64,000 nucleotides of DNA from an uncultured Thermoplasmata archaeon (GCA_963696985.1 CAVOMG010000001.1:299024-363023), one strand, 5' to 3'. Numbered from the stretch's first letter, positions 31,990 to 42,446 are shown. A program made the numbers and translations. Notes: a model not told the origin generated them from the sequence alone.

Positions 31990-33706
31990 TCAGGGAGCGC
32001 GTCGCGTGCGGGCCTTCTTTCGGGGACCGGGCTGGGATGGCTTGCCCTTCGAGATGGGTTCCGGGTCGGCGTTCCACACCGATGAGGGGGGGGCCCAGCC
32101 CCGTCGGGCCAGCCCGACGGCGAGCTCGAGGTCGTCGAGCTCCCCGATGCTGGGGGAACCGGCGCTGACGACCAGCCGTACATCGGCTTGGACGGCCTTG
32201 CGGACAGACGACGCGTCGAGCCCTCCGGTCGGTCCGTTCGGTGACACCTCGAGCGCTGCGCCAGTCCTCTCGGCCCAGCGGATCCAGGCCTGCCCGATCT
32301 CGCCGGACGGCATCGCCGGGTCCGAGCCGAGCGAAAAATGGGCCGCGAACCGTGGGGTGTGCCCCGGATGGCGCTTCTCGGGACCTTCGGGCGGTCCCCC
32401 CGGTCGCGAAGCACCATCGAGAATCACCAGGTCCGCCCCGTCGGGGATTGGGCCCTCCTCCGATCCGTCCTCGATTGGGATCTCCACTCCCACGAGGAGG
32501 CGGGGGACCGGGGCCCCGCTCTTCTTCGGCCAAGCCGTCCGAAGCTCCTCGAGGCGGCGGCCCCAGGAAGGGTCGGTCGGCTTCCCAGGGAGGATCACTC
32601 CGACGTAAGAGAATCGGTACCTGTTCGCGGCCTCCACCAACCGCTCGATCTCTCGCCGACCGAAAGATTCCGGCAGGTGCTGGTGGAGCTCGCCCCGAAG
32701 GTCTGCGAGGGAGAGCAACGTCGGCACTGCCCCCTTCGCCGCCGCTTCGAGCTCCCCCTGGTTCTCCCGAATCTCGGGCGGGATCCACGGAAGGTGGAGG
32801 GCTCGGTACACCTCCTCCTCGGTCCGACCCGCGACCCGCTCCTCCCCGTGGAACACTCCGGTACTCGTTGATCTTCAGGTCCGCGTCCCGCGCAAGGGTC
32901 CGCAGGCGGACGTTGTGGTCCTTCGAACCGGTGAAGTACTGGAGCGCGGCCCCGAACGACTCGGGGGCGACCACCCGGAGGTCGACCTGGATCCCGGGCT
33001 CGTAGCGGACCGTGCATTTCGTGTCGCCTTTCAGCACCACCTGCCGGACCCCCGGCAGCGCGGCGAAGGCGTCCATCGCGCGGACAGGGTCCCGCGATGT
33101 GGCGAGGATGTCGACGTCTCCGATAGATTCCCGGCGCCGTCGGAGGCTCCCGGCGATCTCGACTTGATCGAGCGGCGCCGCCGACGTGACGGCGTTCTCG
33201 ATCCGCCGGGCGATCGCCCACGCAGCCCGCAGCGGGAGACGCCCGGTCCCCGTCGAGGGAGCCTGCTCGACCGCGTGACGGAGGTTCTCGATCTTCTTGG
33301 ACCCGAACCCGGCGACTCCGCCGAGACGACCGGCGTCGATCGCCTCGAGGAGCGCGGAAGGGCTCTCGATCTTGAGCTCGTGGAGGAAACGCGCGGCGGT
33401 CTTCGGCCCGATCCCCGGGATCCGCATCAGCTCGAGGACCCCCGGAGGGACCTCCCGCTTCAGCCGTTCGTAATACTCGATCCGACCGGTATCGAGGAAC
33501 TCTTCGATCTTCGCCCGAATCGCCTCCCCGACGCCGGGGATCTCCGACAGCCGACCGCTGCGACCCATCGCCCGGAGGTCCTCGCCGACCCCAACGATGG
33601 AGCGCGCGGCCCGCCGGTACGCTTCGGGTTTGAACCGTTCGTTCTGCAGGTCGAGGAGGTCGGCGATCCCGAGCAGGATTGCCGCCACCTCCTCGTTGGT
33701 CGACAT
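31990..33706 (-). CDS. polX: DNA polymerase X family with C-terminal PHP domain, frameshifted near 32860.
   Basis: N-terminal HhH/8-kDa and palm regions (IPGVGEAIRAKI..., GSLRRRRESIGDVDIL, KINEYRSV) in ORF 31985..33793. The PHP domain (LHQHLPESFG..., IPDGADLVILDGA) is in ORF 31990..32856. Confidence 0.8.
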
Positions 33707-33959
33707 GGCCGCAGGGCGGGAGCGCGCGTTGCGGGAAAAAGCCCGCGGGAGCGGCGACCTCCGGGTGGGGGCTACGTGCGACGCCCTCCCCAAGGGGATC
33801 GAACCAGCTCGCCGACCTCGGCGGCCCGGGCGATCCCCGGGTCCGCTGGTCGGGTCAGGGCTGGCTTCCGGGACCCTTCAACCCGGCCAAGGCATCGGCG
33901 GCTGCGGGGCCGGCCACGGGCCGGAACCCGGGCCGCCGGGCAGCGGGATCGGCATCCGC

Positions 33960-34214
33960 CTACTCCTCGAGGAGCTTCTCGATCCGCTCGAGGATCTCGT
34001 TCTCGACCTTGTCGCCCTTCCGTCCGCCTTCCCAGCGGGCGTTGACGAGCTGGACGAGCTGGTCGGCGAGTTGGTCCATCCACGGGCCTTCCGAGGCGTC
34101 GAACCGCTTCTTGATCTTGTCCCGCAGAAGCTCGTTGTAGGCTCGGTAGGCGCTCCACACCCACGGCCCGTACGAGGGGCCGTGTCCACAGCCGTCGTCG
34201 TTCTCTCCCATCGT
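33960..34214 (-). CDS. Small hypothetical protein (84 aa), Lys/Glu-rich C-terminus.
   Basis: MGENDDGCGHGPSYGPWVWSAYRAYNELLRDKIKKRF...ENEILERIEKLLEE. Composition is distinct from antisense noise. No family recognised. Confidence 0.4.
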   Translation of the reverse strand, partial: TMGENDDGCGHGPSYGPWVWSAYRAYNELLRDKIKKRFDASEGPWMDQLADQLVQLVNARWEGGRKGDKVENEILERIEKLLEE

Positions 34215-34306
34215 TGTTCCTTCTGGGCCGAAGTCGGCCCGAAGGTCCGACGGCGCGGGGGAGGATATTGAGCGGAAAGCACTGGACCCGGTCACACTCG
34301 ACCGGG

Positions 34307-34900
34307 TCAGTTCGGCTCCCAGGGGGCCGGCTCCTGGGCGTACGTCGACACCTCGCCTTCAGACGCTCCTTCGGGAGCGTGGCGGACCGCTTCGAGGGCC
34401 CGCGCGAGCAGGGTGTAGGCGGCGTCGTCGGTCTCCGAGTCGTCCGAAGTCCCGTCGGTCATCACCCTCAGTTCGTCGTGGAGCACCGAAAGCATCGCGC
34501 GTCCCCGTCCCCCGCCGACCGTCCAAACGAGCCACGGATCTTCCGGGTGATCGTAGACGCCGAGCCACCTTAGGGAGCCGACCCACCGTCCGGCCAGTCG
34601 GCCGAGCAGTTCAGTCCCTGAGACACCGTTTGGGAGGTGGCCCGACGCCACGGTCCGGGCGGGAGGGGTCTCTTCCGGTCTCGGACCGGTCGGATCGCGC
34701 AGGGAGTAGCCCTGACTCGAGCGCGTGACAGCCCCGGAGCGTTCGAGCCGCCGAAGGGCGCGGACGAGGGACTCCGGATGGACCTTCAGGGTCCTGCGGA
34801 GCCCGCTGAAGGCGATGGTGCCAGAAGTGTCCGAGAGGAGCGTGAGGACCTGGTCCTCGACCCGAGGCTCGCGGGGTCCCTCCTCTGACCACTCTTTCAT
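34307..34900 (-). CDS. Winged-helix transcriptional regulator (ArsR/MarR-like N-terminal wHTH).
   Basis: LTLLSDTSGTIAFSGLRRTLKVHPESLVRALRRLERSGAV wHTH pattern. Confidence 0.5.
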   Translation of the reverse strand: MKEWSEEGPREPRVEDQVLTLLSDTSGTIAFSGLRRTLKVHPESLVRALRRLERSGAVTRSSQGYSLRDPTGPRPEETPPARTVASGHLPNGVSGTELLGRLAGRWVGSLRWLGVYDHPEDPWLVWTVGGGRGRAMLSVLHDELRVMTDGTSDDSETDDAAYTLLARALEAVRHAPEGASEGEVSTYAQEPAPWEPN

Positions 34901-35002
34901 CGCCCTGACATCCGGTTTGGTCGGTATAGTTCGGCGGTTACCCGGTGGTAGGCAGGTGGCGGTCGCCGCCAACCCACGGTGGCCCAGTCGTATCGGCGGG
35001 GT

Positions 35003-35672
35003 TCAACGGGGCGGAGGTTGCCGGCTCGAGCGGCGGATTAACCGGGCGCCATAGGAAGGGATCCGACCCCATCGGCCGGCCCGGTATTCGGCCCGGTCGA
35101 ACCGGAAACGCTCTTCGAACGCTACCGCGACCTCGGCGACCGAGGGCCGGTGCGGGGGCCCGAACTTCGCCGTGTGCTCCCTCGCCACCCAGGTGAGGGC
35201 GAACCGACCGCCGGGGCGGAGGACCCGCGCCAGTTCCTCGACATACCGCCCCCTAAGCGGGATCGGCAGGGTATGGAAACAGCCAACGTCGATCGCCCCG
35301 TCGAAACTCCCTCGGCGGAACGGGAGGTCGAGGGCATCGGCGACCCGGAAATCGACCGCCCGCCCCGTCCGGGCAGCCCGGGCGCGCGCGGCGGCGATCG
35401 CGGAGGGCGCGAGATCCACGCCGGTGACCTGGAGGCCGGACCGATCGAGGAAGAGCGAGTTGGTCCCGGCCCCGCAGCCCACGTCGAGGATGCGATCGCC
35501 CGCGGCGAACCACCCGTCCGTGACCACACGTTCGACCCATGGAAAGGGCTGATTCGAGAACCACGGGAGCTTCCGATAGGGCGTACGCTCGTAGACTTCC
35601 CGCCAGTGCTTCCGGTCTTCCTCCGGTAAACCCTTCGGCTTCGCGGTCAGTCTGGACCCCTCCCCCGCAGCA
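35003..35672 (-). CDS. Class I SAM-dependent methyltransferase (TehB-like). The N-terminus is probably frameshifted near 35665.
   Basis: ILDVGCGAGTNSLFL motif I and the conserved upstream region LPEEDRKHWREVYERTPYRKLPWFSNQPFPWVERVV. A GTG start is recovered only by adding one G in a G-run at ~35665. Confidence 0.6.
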
Positions 35673-36120
35673 CCCGAGACGCCGGAGGAGAAGAACGGCT
35701 CGGAAGGGCGGGTGGTCGGATCCCGGTCGGACCGGGACGGCGAGCGGTGGGTCGAAGCATCTCGCGACTCTCGACCTTCGAGCGCCCCCAGTTATTATAT
35801 TTGGAGCACACTGGCGACGACCATGCCCGAGATGTCGTCGAAGAGCTCCACCGGCCCAGCTGCCCGACACTGCCATCGCCCAGATCGTCCAGATGAACCC
35901 CCGGCGCGTGACCGTGACCCTCACGCTGCCGGTCTCCGGCGGCGAGGGCCGCCCCACTGTGACGCTCGAGTGGTCCCGCGAGGACACGACGATGCCGCTC
36001 TCCGACCTGCTCCACCGGATCGAGTCGTACGTCGGGCGATTCGGGAGCAAGTAGACCGAACCCCCGGGGCGCCGGACCACCGGCGCCCCTACCTGCCGAC
36101 GGAAGCCTTCTCGCCCAGGT

Positions 36121-36768
36121 CTAACCGCCGACGATCTTCATGGCGACATTGTAGCTCTTCAGAGCACCCGCGATCCGGACCCACAGCGGGACCCAGGCCT
36201 CGATCCACGTCGCCTCGCGGAGCTCGCCCACGTCGATGGTTCTGGGCCAGCCGAACGTGGTCAGGATCTGGGTGACCTCGCGCTTGGCCGCGGGGTCGTC
36301 CCCGCAGATGATCATGTCGGGGGCTCCGTCGGGGGTCTTCGGGTCGATCATCATGCTGTTCGGCACCATGTTGAAGCACTTGACCACCCGGCCCTTGGGG
36401 ATCTTGGCCTGGATCCGCTCCGCGAGCGAGTCACGTCCGTCGGTGAAGACCCCGGGAGGCATCCCCTTGGAGAAGTCCAACGGGTTCGTGGTGTCGATGA
36501 CGACCTTGCCCGAGAAGTGAGCTGGTCCAGCAAGCTCGACCGCCGCCTCGGCCGCCTGACCGAGAGTGGCCACCACGAGAAGCTCCCCATGCTTGGCGGC
36601 CTCGGCAAACGTGCCGGTCGAACCTCGCGCGCCGACCGACTTCTTCCACTCGGTCAGCCCCGGGCTATTGGGCGTCCGTGAGCCGATCATGACATCGTGC
36701 CCTCGGGCAACGAAACCCCGTCCGATCGCCTTTCCGACATCTCCGCTCCCGAGAATCCCCACCTTCAT
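36121..36768 (-). CDS. NADP oxidoreductase, coenzyme F420-dependent family (Npd-like), Rossmann fold.
   Basis: MKVGILGSGDVGKAIG dinucleotide-binding motif, ~215 aa. Confidence 0.65.
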   Translation of the reverse strand: MKVGILGSGDVGKAIGRGFVARGHDVMIGSRTPNSPGLTEWKKSVGARGSTGTFAEAAKHGELLVVATLGQAAEAAVELAGPAHFSGKVVIDTTNPLDFSKGMPPGVFTDGRDSLAERIQAKIPKGRVVKCFNMVPNSMMIDPKTPDGAPDMIICGDDPAAKREVTQILTTFGWPRTIDVGELREATWIEAWVPLWVRIAGALKSYNVAMKIVGG

Positions 36769-36946
36769 CGATCCCACCGGCCCTAGTCCGCTCATGGTCG
36801 AGGTGGCACATGAGGGTTCCCAAACGGCGCCGCGGCAGGGGCTCCGGAGCCCGGATCCGCTGTGAATGGACGCCGCGATCCGTGCCGATTCGCGGGCTCG
36901 ATCGGACCGAAGCCCTCATTCGAGCGTCCCACATCGGCGTAGACCG

Positions 36947-37465
36947 ATGGAGGCGAACGCCACGTTGGACGCATCGCGACCCGCCAGGTCACCGGCGCGG
37001 TGGTCCCGATCGACCGACGTCGATTGGAGTCGCCCCCATCGCGAGTGGTACTTCCACGGCGTGCTCGTGTTCGACGTTTCGCTGGTGAAGGCGCACCTGA
37101 GCCGGGTACCGGTTCCGGTCGAGTACATCGCGCTCGATTCGCTCACCGACTGGCTGCGCTCCCCGGAGGACCCGCGTCGTGTCGGCCGGCTCGCATCGCC
37201 AATCGACCCGGCGAGAGTCCCGGATTCGGACCCCGGCTTCCCCCTCGTCTTCCTCGACATCGGCCCGCGGCGGTACCTCATCGACGGCCACCACCGGCTC
37301 GAGCACGCTCGCCAGCAGCGAAAGGCGGAACTCCCGTCGGTTACTGTTCGATGTCCGGAGATCGCGCGCGCGGCGATCGCAGAGTTGAGCCCCCCGGTCG
37401 TCTACTGGTGGACCTGGTCGTCGCTACGGCGATTCTTCGTTGGCCGCCGCGCCCCCGCCGGGTAG
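36947..37465 (+). CDS. ParB/Srx-like nuclease-domain protein (DGHHR motif), otherwise hypothetical.
   Basis: YLIDGHHRLEHARQ resembles the ParB N-terminal domain catalytic/CTP-binding motif. No HTH recognised. Confidence 0.45.
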   Translation: MEANATLDASRPARSPARWSRSTDVDWSRPHREWYFHGVLVFDVSLVKAHLSRVPVPVEYIALDSLTDWLRSPEDPRRVGRLASPIDPARVPDSDPGFPLVFLDIGPRRYLIDGHHRLEHARQQRKAELPSVTVRCPEIARAAIAELSPPVVYWWTWSSLRRFFVGRRAPAG

Positions 37466-37505
37466 CCCGTTGGACTAGGCGGGGCGACTCGGGGCCACGA
37501 ATCGA

Positions 37506-37982
37506 CTACGGTTCTGGGTCCCGTCGGGGGCCCTTTCCCAAATCCTGGGCGCGCGATGGTCGCCGCCATCCAGCCCAATTCCGGAACCGAACCAAGGCGC
37601 CCGTCGGCGACCTTCCCCCATCCAGCTCTACCTGGCTGAGGACCGCGGCGGTTCTCGAGGTGACGGGGATCGATCGGATCCGGGGGCCCTCGATCGGTGG
37701 GGCGTCCTGGGTCTTGAGCGCGGCCGTCGCCATCTCGACCTGCCTTTCGAGCGCGGACATCTGCAACTTCTGGACCTTCGTTTCCACGGTGGCTCGAAGG
37801 GCGGCGACGAGGCTCCCGAGCCGCTCGACCTTCTCCCCCTGCTCCATGGCTTGCCGCTGGACCAAGGCCAACTGCTCACGCGTCGTGCCGAGGCGAACCC
37901 ACTCCATCCAGGCAAAAAGAACGGCCAACGCCGCCCCGATGAGGGCGATCGCAGCGATGGTCTCGGCCAGGGCGTCGACCAC
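37506..37982 (-). CDS. Small membrane-anchored coiled-coil protein.
   Basis: Only the last ~158 aa of ORF 37506..38474 look coding: a TM helix (IAAIALIGAALAVLFAW) then heptad-rich EQLALVQRQAMEQGEKVERLGSLVAALRATVETKVQKLQ. A GTG start at 37982 is proposed. Confidence 0.45.
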   Translation of the reverse strand: MVDALAETIAAIALIGAALAVLFAWMEWVRLGTTREQLALVQRQAMEQGEKVERLGSLVAALRATVETKVQKLQMSALERQVEMATAALKTQDAPPIEGPRIRSIPVTSRTAAVLSQVELDGGRSPTGALVRFRNWAGWRRPSRAQDLGKGPRRDPEP

Positions 37983-38472
37983 CTTGGGGAGACGAAACTC
38001 ATGGTAGAAAAACTTTCGGCCGTAGGCAATCTCTTTCCGAGAGCTCCTGTCCGGCTCGCCCGTCAGTGTTTGGGACGGGAGGGCCGCTTGGCACCCACGT
38101 TCCGAGTAGTGGACCCGCGATGTCCGCCGACGGGTCGTTTGGACCGGGGTATAGTTCGAACGGGGAGAGCTGCTCACCCGGCTTCCTAGGTCAGGCTCGG
38201 GAACTACTGAAGGGACCCGGCGAAACTTTCGACTCCTCTCCGCCGGACTAGATCTTGAATACGCCGGCGTTGAGGGGAACACCCATCGCGACTGAGCTCG
38301 GAACTTCCATTCTCCCGGCGGGGTCCACGAGGCTGCAGAGGGGGCCGTAGAGAAACCCAATGTTAGGAAAGGGTGGCCGCACCACACCCAAGTTGGGTTT
38401 CCTGGGAGACTGTGAGCCTCGTGAAGGGGTGTTGACCGCTCTCGTAGATGCTGCCCTGAGGCTGAGCCGGTC

Positions 38473-38909
38473 ATGAGTCAGCCGTTTCCACCGACGAAAG
38501 CTGGCGGGAAGGGACGCGTCCGCCGCGTCGTTCCGATCATCGTCGTCGTCGTCATCATCGCCGCCTTCCTGGCGCTGGTTCTGATCCCGGCACGTACGGA
38601 TGCCCGGGCTCTTTCCGTCTCTCCCGGAGCACTGCCGTTGTCACCTTCTCGGTCCACGGACCTTCGTGGGTCATCGTTCACTTTGACAAACATGGAAGCG
38701 CGGGAATGCACTATTGGAGGAACGGGCCGTCAGGAATGATGTTCAATCGCTCGATGATGGGTGCCGGCGGAATGATGGGCGGAGGGGGCGGTTCCGATTC
38801 CTACTCCTCCTGGACCTGGGGTGGTGAGTTCCGTTGCGGCGCCGAATACTCGGGCCTAGGGTCCGGTACCATGCCCGTTTGGGTCAACATGACCTCGGCG
38901 ATTCTGTAG
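38473..38909 (+). CDS. Small membrane-anchored protein with a Gly/Met-rich segment, apparently frameshifted near 38600.
   Basis: ORF 38473..38739 (N-terminal TM PIIVVVVIIAAFLALVLIP) continues in the frame of ORF 38706..38909 (...VTFSVHGPSWVIVHFDKHGSAGMHYW...MMGAGGMMGGGGGS...). Confidence 0.35.
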
Positions 38910-39133
38910 GTGGACCCATTGTGGCGGGGTGATCCCGCGATTTGAGAACCCACCCGATTCGTATCCCCTTCAAGAGCTGCCGGTTCCCTTTCACCCAAAG
39001 CGTCCTTTTCCTCCGCCCCGCGGATGGCGGCTTCACCAGACCCAGCTCCGGGGCCCTGGATCCAGGCCGGGTGAGAACCTGTCGGGCCCAGTTGCCTTCG
39101 ATCGTTTCAGGTACTCAGGCCCTGAGGGAACCG

Positions 39134-39607
39134 CTACGCAGGAGGTCGCTCGAGCAGGACGAGACCGTGTTTCGCAAACAACGCGTCTCGGGCCTGAGGC
39201 TCCGGGTGCCCGGAAGTCCGGACGAGGAGTTCATGGAACTCCTCGAAGAATCGCTCCTGAAGATCGGCCGGATGGAAGACGATGAAGGCGCGGCCGACCC
39301 CTTCACCGACATTCTTGAGGCCGTGGGCCCCTTGGGAAGCCACGTGATGGATGTCCCCCGGGCCACCCTTCTTGGCGACCTTGCCCTTGAGACCTCTTGA
39401 ATAGAACTCGAACGAGCCCTCGATGATCCCAATCGACTATTGGGCGGGGTGGGTGTGGAGGAATGCCGGCCCGGCCCCCGGCGGGAATACGTGCTCCATT
39501 ACCGAGTAGGCGCCGCTCGTTTCGGAGCCACGTATCCGGCAGTACTGGGTGACACCCATGACAACGAACGGTCCCCGGCTCGCGCTGCGCGAGGAGGTCT
39601 CTGTCAT
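39134..39607 (-). CDS. Cupin-domain protein, frameshifted near 39435.
   Basis: The cupin motif GAYSVMEHVFPPGAGPAFLHTHP at the end of ORF 39437..39829 continues as SIGIIEGSFEFYSRGLKGKVAKKGGPGDIHHV...AFIVFHPAD... in the frame of ORF 39134..39343. Confidence 0.55.
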
Positions 39608-39849
39608 AAGGTCCTTGGCTGGGTGAGCGACTCTCACTTCATTTGGAGCAGGTTCGTATCCTCCGGAGTGATGGCGGCGGACCCTCGGACCAGGGGTACA
39701 CTCGATGCGGCGCGAGCGAACGAACCCTGCCGTGTTCGTCGACTGCCGTGGAGCGGGGTCCCACCAACAGCGACGGCTTTCAGATCCTGACCGATTAGAA
39801 CGAGGCGAGGTGTCCTGAGGTCTCGTCACTTGAACTCGGGGAAGGGAGA

Positions 39850-40125
39850 ATGACGGATTCCGTCAGGACTGCACTGATCTGGGTCCCCCTTGCCATCGCG
39901 GCCATTGTCTTCATCATCCTAATTCCGTTTCAAGGGGACAGCTCTCTCTACTGGGGTGCATACACCGACTTATTGATAGGTTGGACCGGTTTATTCGTGA
40001 TGCTGGGCTTGAGATTCGGGTTTGGCGCTACTCCAAAGGGAATTGCAGACGAGATTGAAGTCAGGGCAAGCGAAGACCGGTTGCAGAAGCGTAGCCCTGA
40101 AGAAATCGAGAAAGATATCGCTTAG
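39850..40125 (+). CDS. Small two-TM membrane protein, hypothetical. Markedly lower GC than the flanks.
   Basis: ORF with two TM helices. AT-richer codon usage than neighbouring genes suggests foreign origin. Confidence 0.45.
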   Translation: MTDSVRTALIWVPLAIAAIVFIILIPFQGDSSLYWGAYTDLLIGWTGLFVMLGLRFGFGATPKGIADEIEVRASEDRLQKRSPEEIEKDIA

Positions 40126-40302
40126 TGAACCCACCCTTACCCGGCACGACACGCAGCACCCGCGAAATTAGTGGGCCCACGAGGGAATGGGGCATGTCGC
40201 TTCGTCGAAATCGAGAATCTCCCATCGGGTCGAACACCGGTCTAGTCGAAGGCCCTCCCGGGGACCCTCCAGCGGCTCCGGACGCTGACGGCCCCCGAGA
40301 CA

Positions 40303-41244
40303 CTATCTACATGCGCTACGACCCCAGCCGCCCGGCCCCAGAAGCTCATCTCCAGGGAGTACCAGAACACGTCGAACCCTCCGGGGACGCCCCGGACCTC
40401 GGCGAACGGGTGAGTCTCGCCGAGGATCCAACTCGATTCGAACGCCGTAGTGTAGCTTCGCTGCAGGGCCCCTTGCTCGTCCTCGATAGGCATGGCTCCG
40501 GCGGGGACCCAAGGGGACCTCGATCGATCGCGGGGAGGCCTCGAACCCTCGGAGCAGATGGTACGGGGCGAATTCGAGCCTCCGCCGGAATTCGGATCGT
40601 TCTTCACGGAAGAACACGAAACGGAGCGGGTTCCCTTGCGGGATCACGGCGGAGTAAGCCTCCCGGCGCTGGGCGACCCCGGCGAGAGCACGCCCGAGGA
40701 TCCGGACAACGAAATAGATGGCCGCCGCGGCAAGTAGGAGGTAGGTCGTGAGACCCCAGAGCTCCAGCGAGATTCGGCCACGTTCGTAGACCAAGAGCCC
40801 GTAGGCGAACACCGTGAACGCCATCGAGCCCACATTGACGATCCGGTCCACGTCGAACTTGTACTCCGTCGGCGAGAAGGGGGCGAAGATAGGGACGGAC
40901 CAGTGATCTAGCGAATCGAGGAAGACGTGGGAAAGGCCGCCGACCTCCAGGGCGAGGAAGAATAGCACGAGCGTTCCGTGGGAGAAGCTTGAGCCGAGCC
41001 CCCAGGCCATCGCCTTCGGGATGACGAAGCAGCCTACCGAGGCGATGATCGTAACCCCCACGATCGAGTGGGAGATCCCTCGGTGCCGGAGGATCGGGAA
41101 CTTCTGGGAGAGCGGGTAGAACGCTACATCGGCGTCCGGGAGGGCCCCGCCGATGGCCGCGGCCACCACGTACTGAAGGCCCGCGGCTCCGAAGATGCCG
41201 AAGCCGAGGAGGTAACCGAGCAGGAGGTGGCTGAACGGGTCCAT
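40303..41244 (-). CDS. Membrane-bound metal-dependent hydrolase (YdjM/DUF457-like). C-terminal third uncertain, with a possible frameshift near 40600.
   Basis: MDPFSHLLLGYLLG...ALPDAD N-terminus typical of DUF457. The overlapping ORF 40242..40607 also has protein-like sequence. Confidence 0.5.
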   Translation of the reverse strand: MDPFSHLLLGYLLGFGIFGAAGLQYVVAAAIGGALPDADVAFYPLSQKFPILRHRGISHSIVGVTIIASVGCFVIPKAMAWGLGSSFSHGTLVLFFLALEVGGLSHVFLDSLDHWSVPIFAPFSPTEYKFDVDRIVNVGSMAFTVFAYGLLVYERGRISLELWGLTTYLLLAAAAIYFVVRILGRALAGVAQRREAYSAVIPQGNPLRFVFFREERSEFRRRLEFAPYHLLRGFEASPRSIEVPLGPRRSHAYRGRARGPAAKLHYGVRIELDPRRDSPVRRGPGRPRRVRRVLVLPGDELLGPGGWGRSACR

Positions 41245-41379
41245 GCGTCGGTGGGTGGACGGAGGGACCGACCCTTATGGATTGAGGCCGGAGACCATCA
41301 CCGCCCCGGGGTCTCGCCCGAAAGGACCCAATGCCTATGAACCGGTTCCAACCTTGGGACCCGGGTCGGAAACGGGACC

Positions 41380-42408
41380 TTGGCGGACCTGACCTACATC
41401 TTCCTCGTCATTACGCTCGTCTTGGATTTCGTCTTCTCGCTTTGGAATGCCTACGCGTCCGGCTCGAGCTGGGTCCTGGTCAGGAACCAACCCGGCCAGC
41501 TGTTTGCGAAGACGTGCGCCGTTGTGGGGGTTGCCCTCGGCTTCGTGGGCGTCTCCTACGTGCTGATCATCGTCATCTCCTACGTCGCGCTGCTCGTCGG
41601 CGTTCTGGCAATCGGCGAGTTCCTCTTCCTCGTCGCGTTCGACTTCCTGATCTTCGGGGCGATGATCATCGGCTTCGGTCTCGTCATCACGGCTCAGTCC
41701 ATCGCGATCGCCTACCGACAACGGAACTATGGTTCCATTGCCGTCGCCGCCTGGAACGTCTTCTCGGAGATTTGGGACATTAGCATCTACGCCGAGGGAT
41801 TCCGGGATGCCGCCGGGACGGTGACCGATGACCGTGAACGGGTCAACGTCTACGCCATCGTCGCGATCGCGGTCGGCCTCGCATTCCTCATCACGTTCGT
41901 CGCCTTCCGTCATGGCGCTCGTCGGGCGGAGGACGCCATCGAAGCGAACCCCCGGCAGGCTGACGCCGAGCGCGGAGGGTCGCCGGGCACCACATCGGCC
42001 CACGCTCACGAGATCCGACCCCGGGTCCTCTACGCCGGGATCGTCGTCGTGGTGGTCATCATCGTCGTCCTCGCAGTGTTCGTATTCACGTCGCCCCGCC
42101 CGAAGGTGCACGTGACCGAGATTGACGTCTGGGCCCCCGACAATGTCTGTGGTCTCGAGGCGAATCCGGTTTCCTACGACGGGTTCGACGACTCGCCCGG
42201 CGGTATCGACGCGTTCTCGCTCGAGTTGCCGAACTTCAACTCGACAACGTGCTCCCTTCACTCCGTGGTGACGAACACGAGTGGGTTCGGGCTCTCGAAT
42301 GTCCAGGTCCCTGTGACCGTGCTTGGAGGTCACAACGGCACGCTAGACCTGACCATCACCGTCCCTGGGAGTCCTTACAACGGGATCTTGAACCTCGTGT
42401 ACGCTTAG
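41380..42408 (+). CDS. Polytopic membrane protein, hypothetical. Exported C-terminal Ser/Thr/Asn-rich domain.
   Basis: At least 6 TM helices, then an extracytoplasmic segment with N-glyc sequons (NSTT, NTSG, NGTL). Lower-GC region. Confidence 0.5.
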   Translation: MADLTYIFLVITLVLDFVFSLWNAYASGSSWVLVRNQPGQLFAKTCAVVGVALGFVGVSYVLIIVISYVALLVGVLAIGEFLFLVAFDFLIFGAMIIGFGLVITAQSIAIAYRQRNYGSIAVAAWNVFSEIWDISIYAEGFRDAAGTVTDDRERVNVYAIVAIAVGLAFLITFVAFRHGARRAEDAIEANPRQADAERGGSPGTTSAHAHEIRPRVLYAGIVVVVVIIVVLAVFVFTSPRPKVHVTEIDVWAPDNVCGLEANPVSYDGFDDSPGGIDAFSLELPNFNSTTCSLHSVVTNTSGFGLSNVQVPVTVLGGHNGTLDLTITVPGSPYNGILNLVYA

Positions 42409-42427
42409 AGTGGCAGGCGCGCCTTTC

Positions 42428-42446
42428 GAGCCGGATCTCGCCCGGT
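42428..42446. terminator. Perfect 8-bp inverted repeat (cctgcctg t caggcagg) between convergent genes.
   Basis: Seen directly: GTCCTGCCTGTCAGGCAGGTC lies between the stop of 41380..42408(+) and the stop of 42468..42692(-). Confidence 0.4.

Noticed and set aside
41335-42333. 332-aa minus-strand ORF overlapping the 41380..42408 membrane protein.
   Set aside because: D/E/R-rich shadow ORF. The plus-strand hydrophobic reading is far more protein-like.
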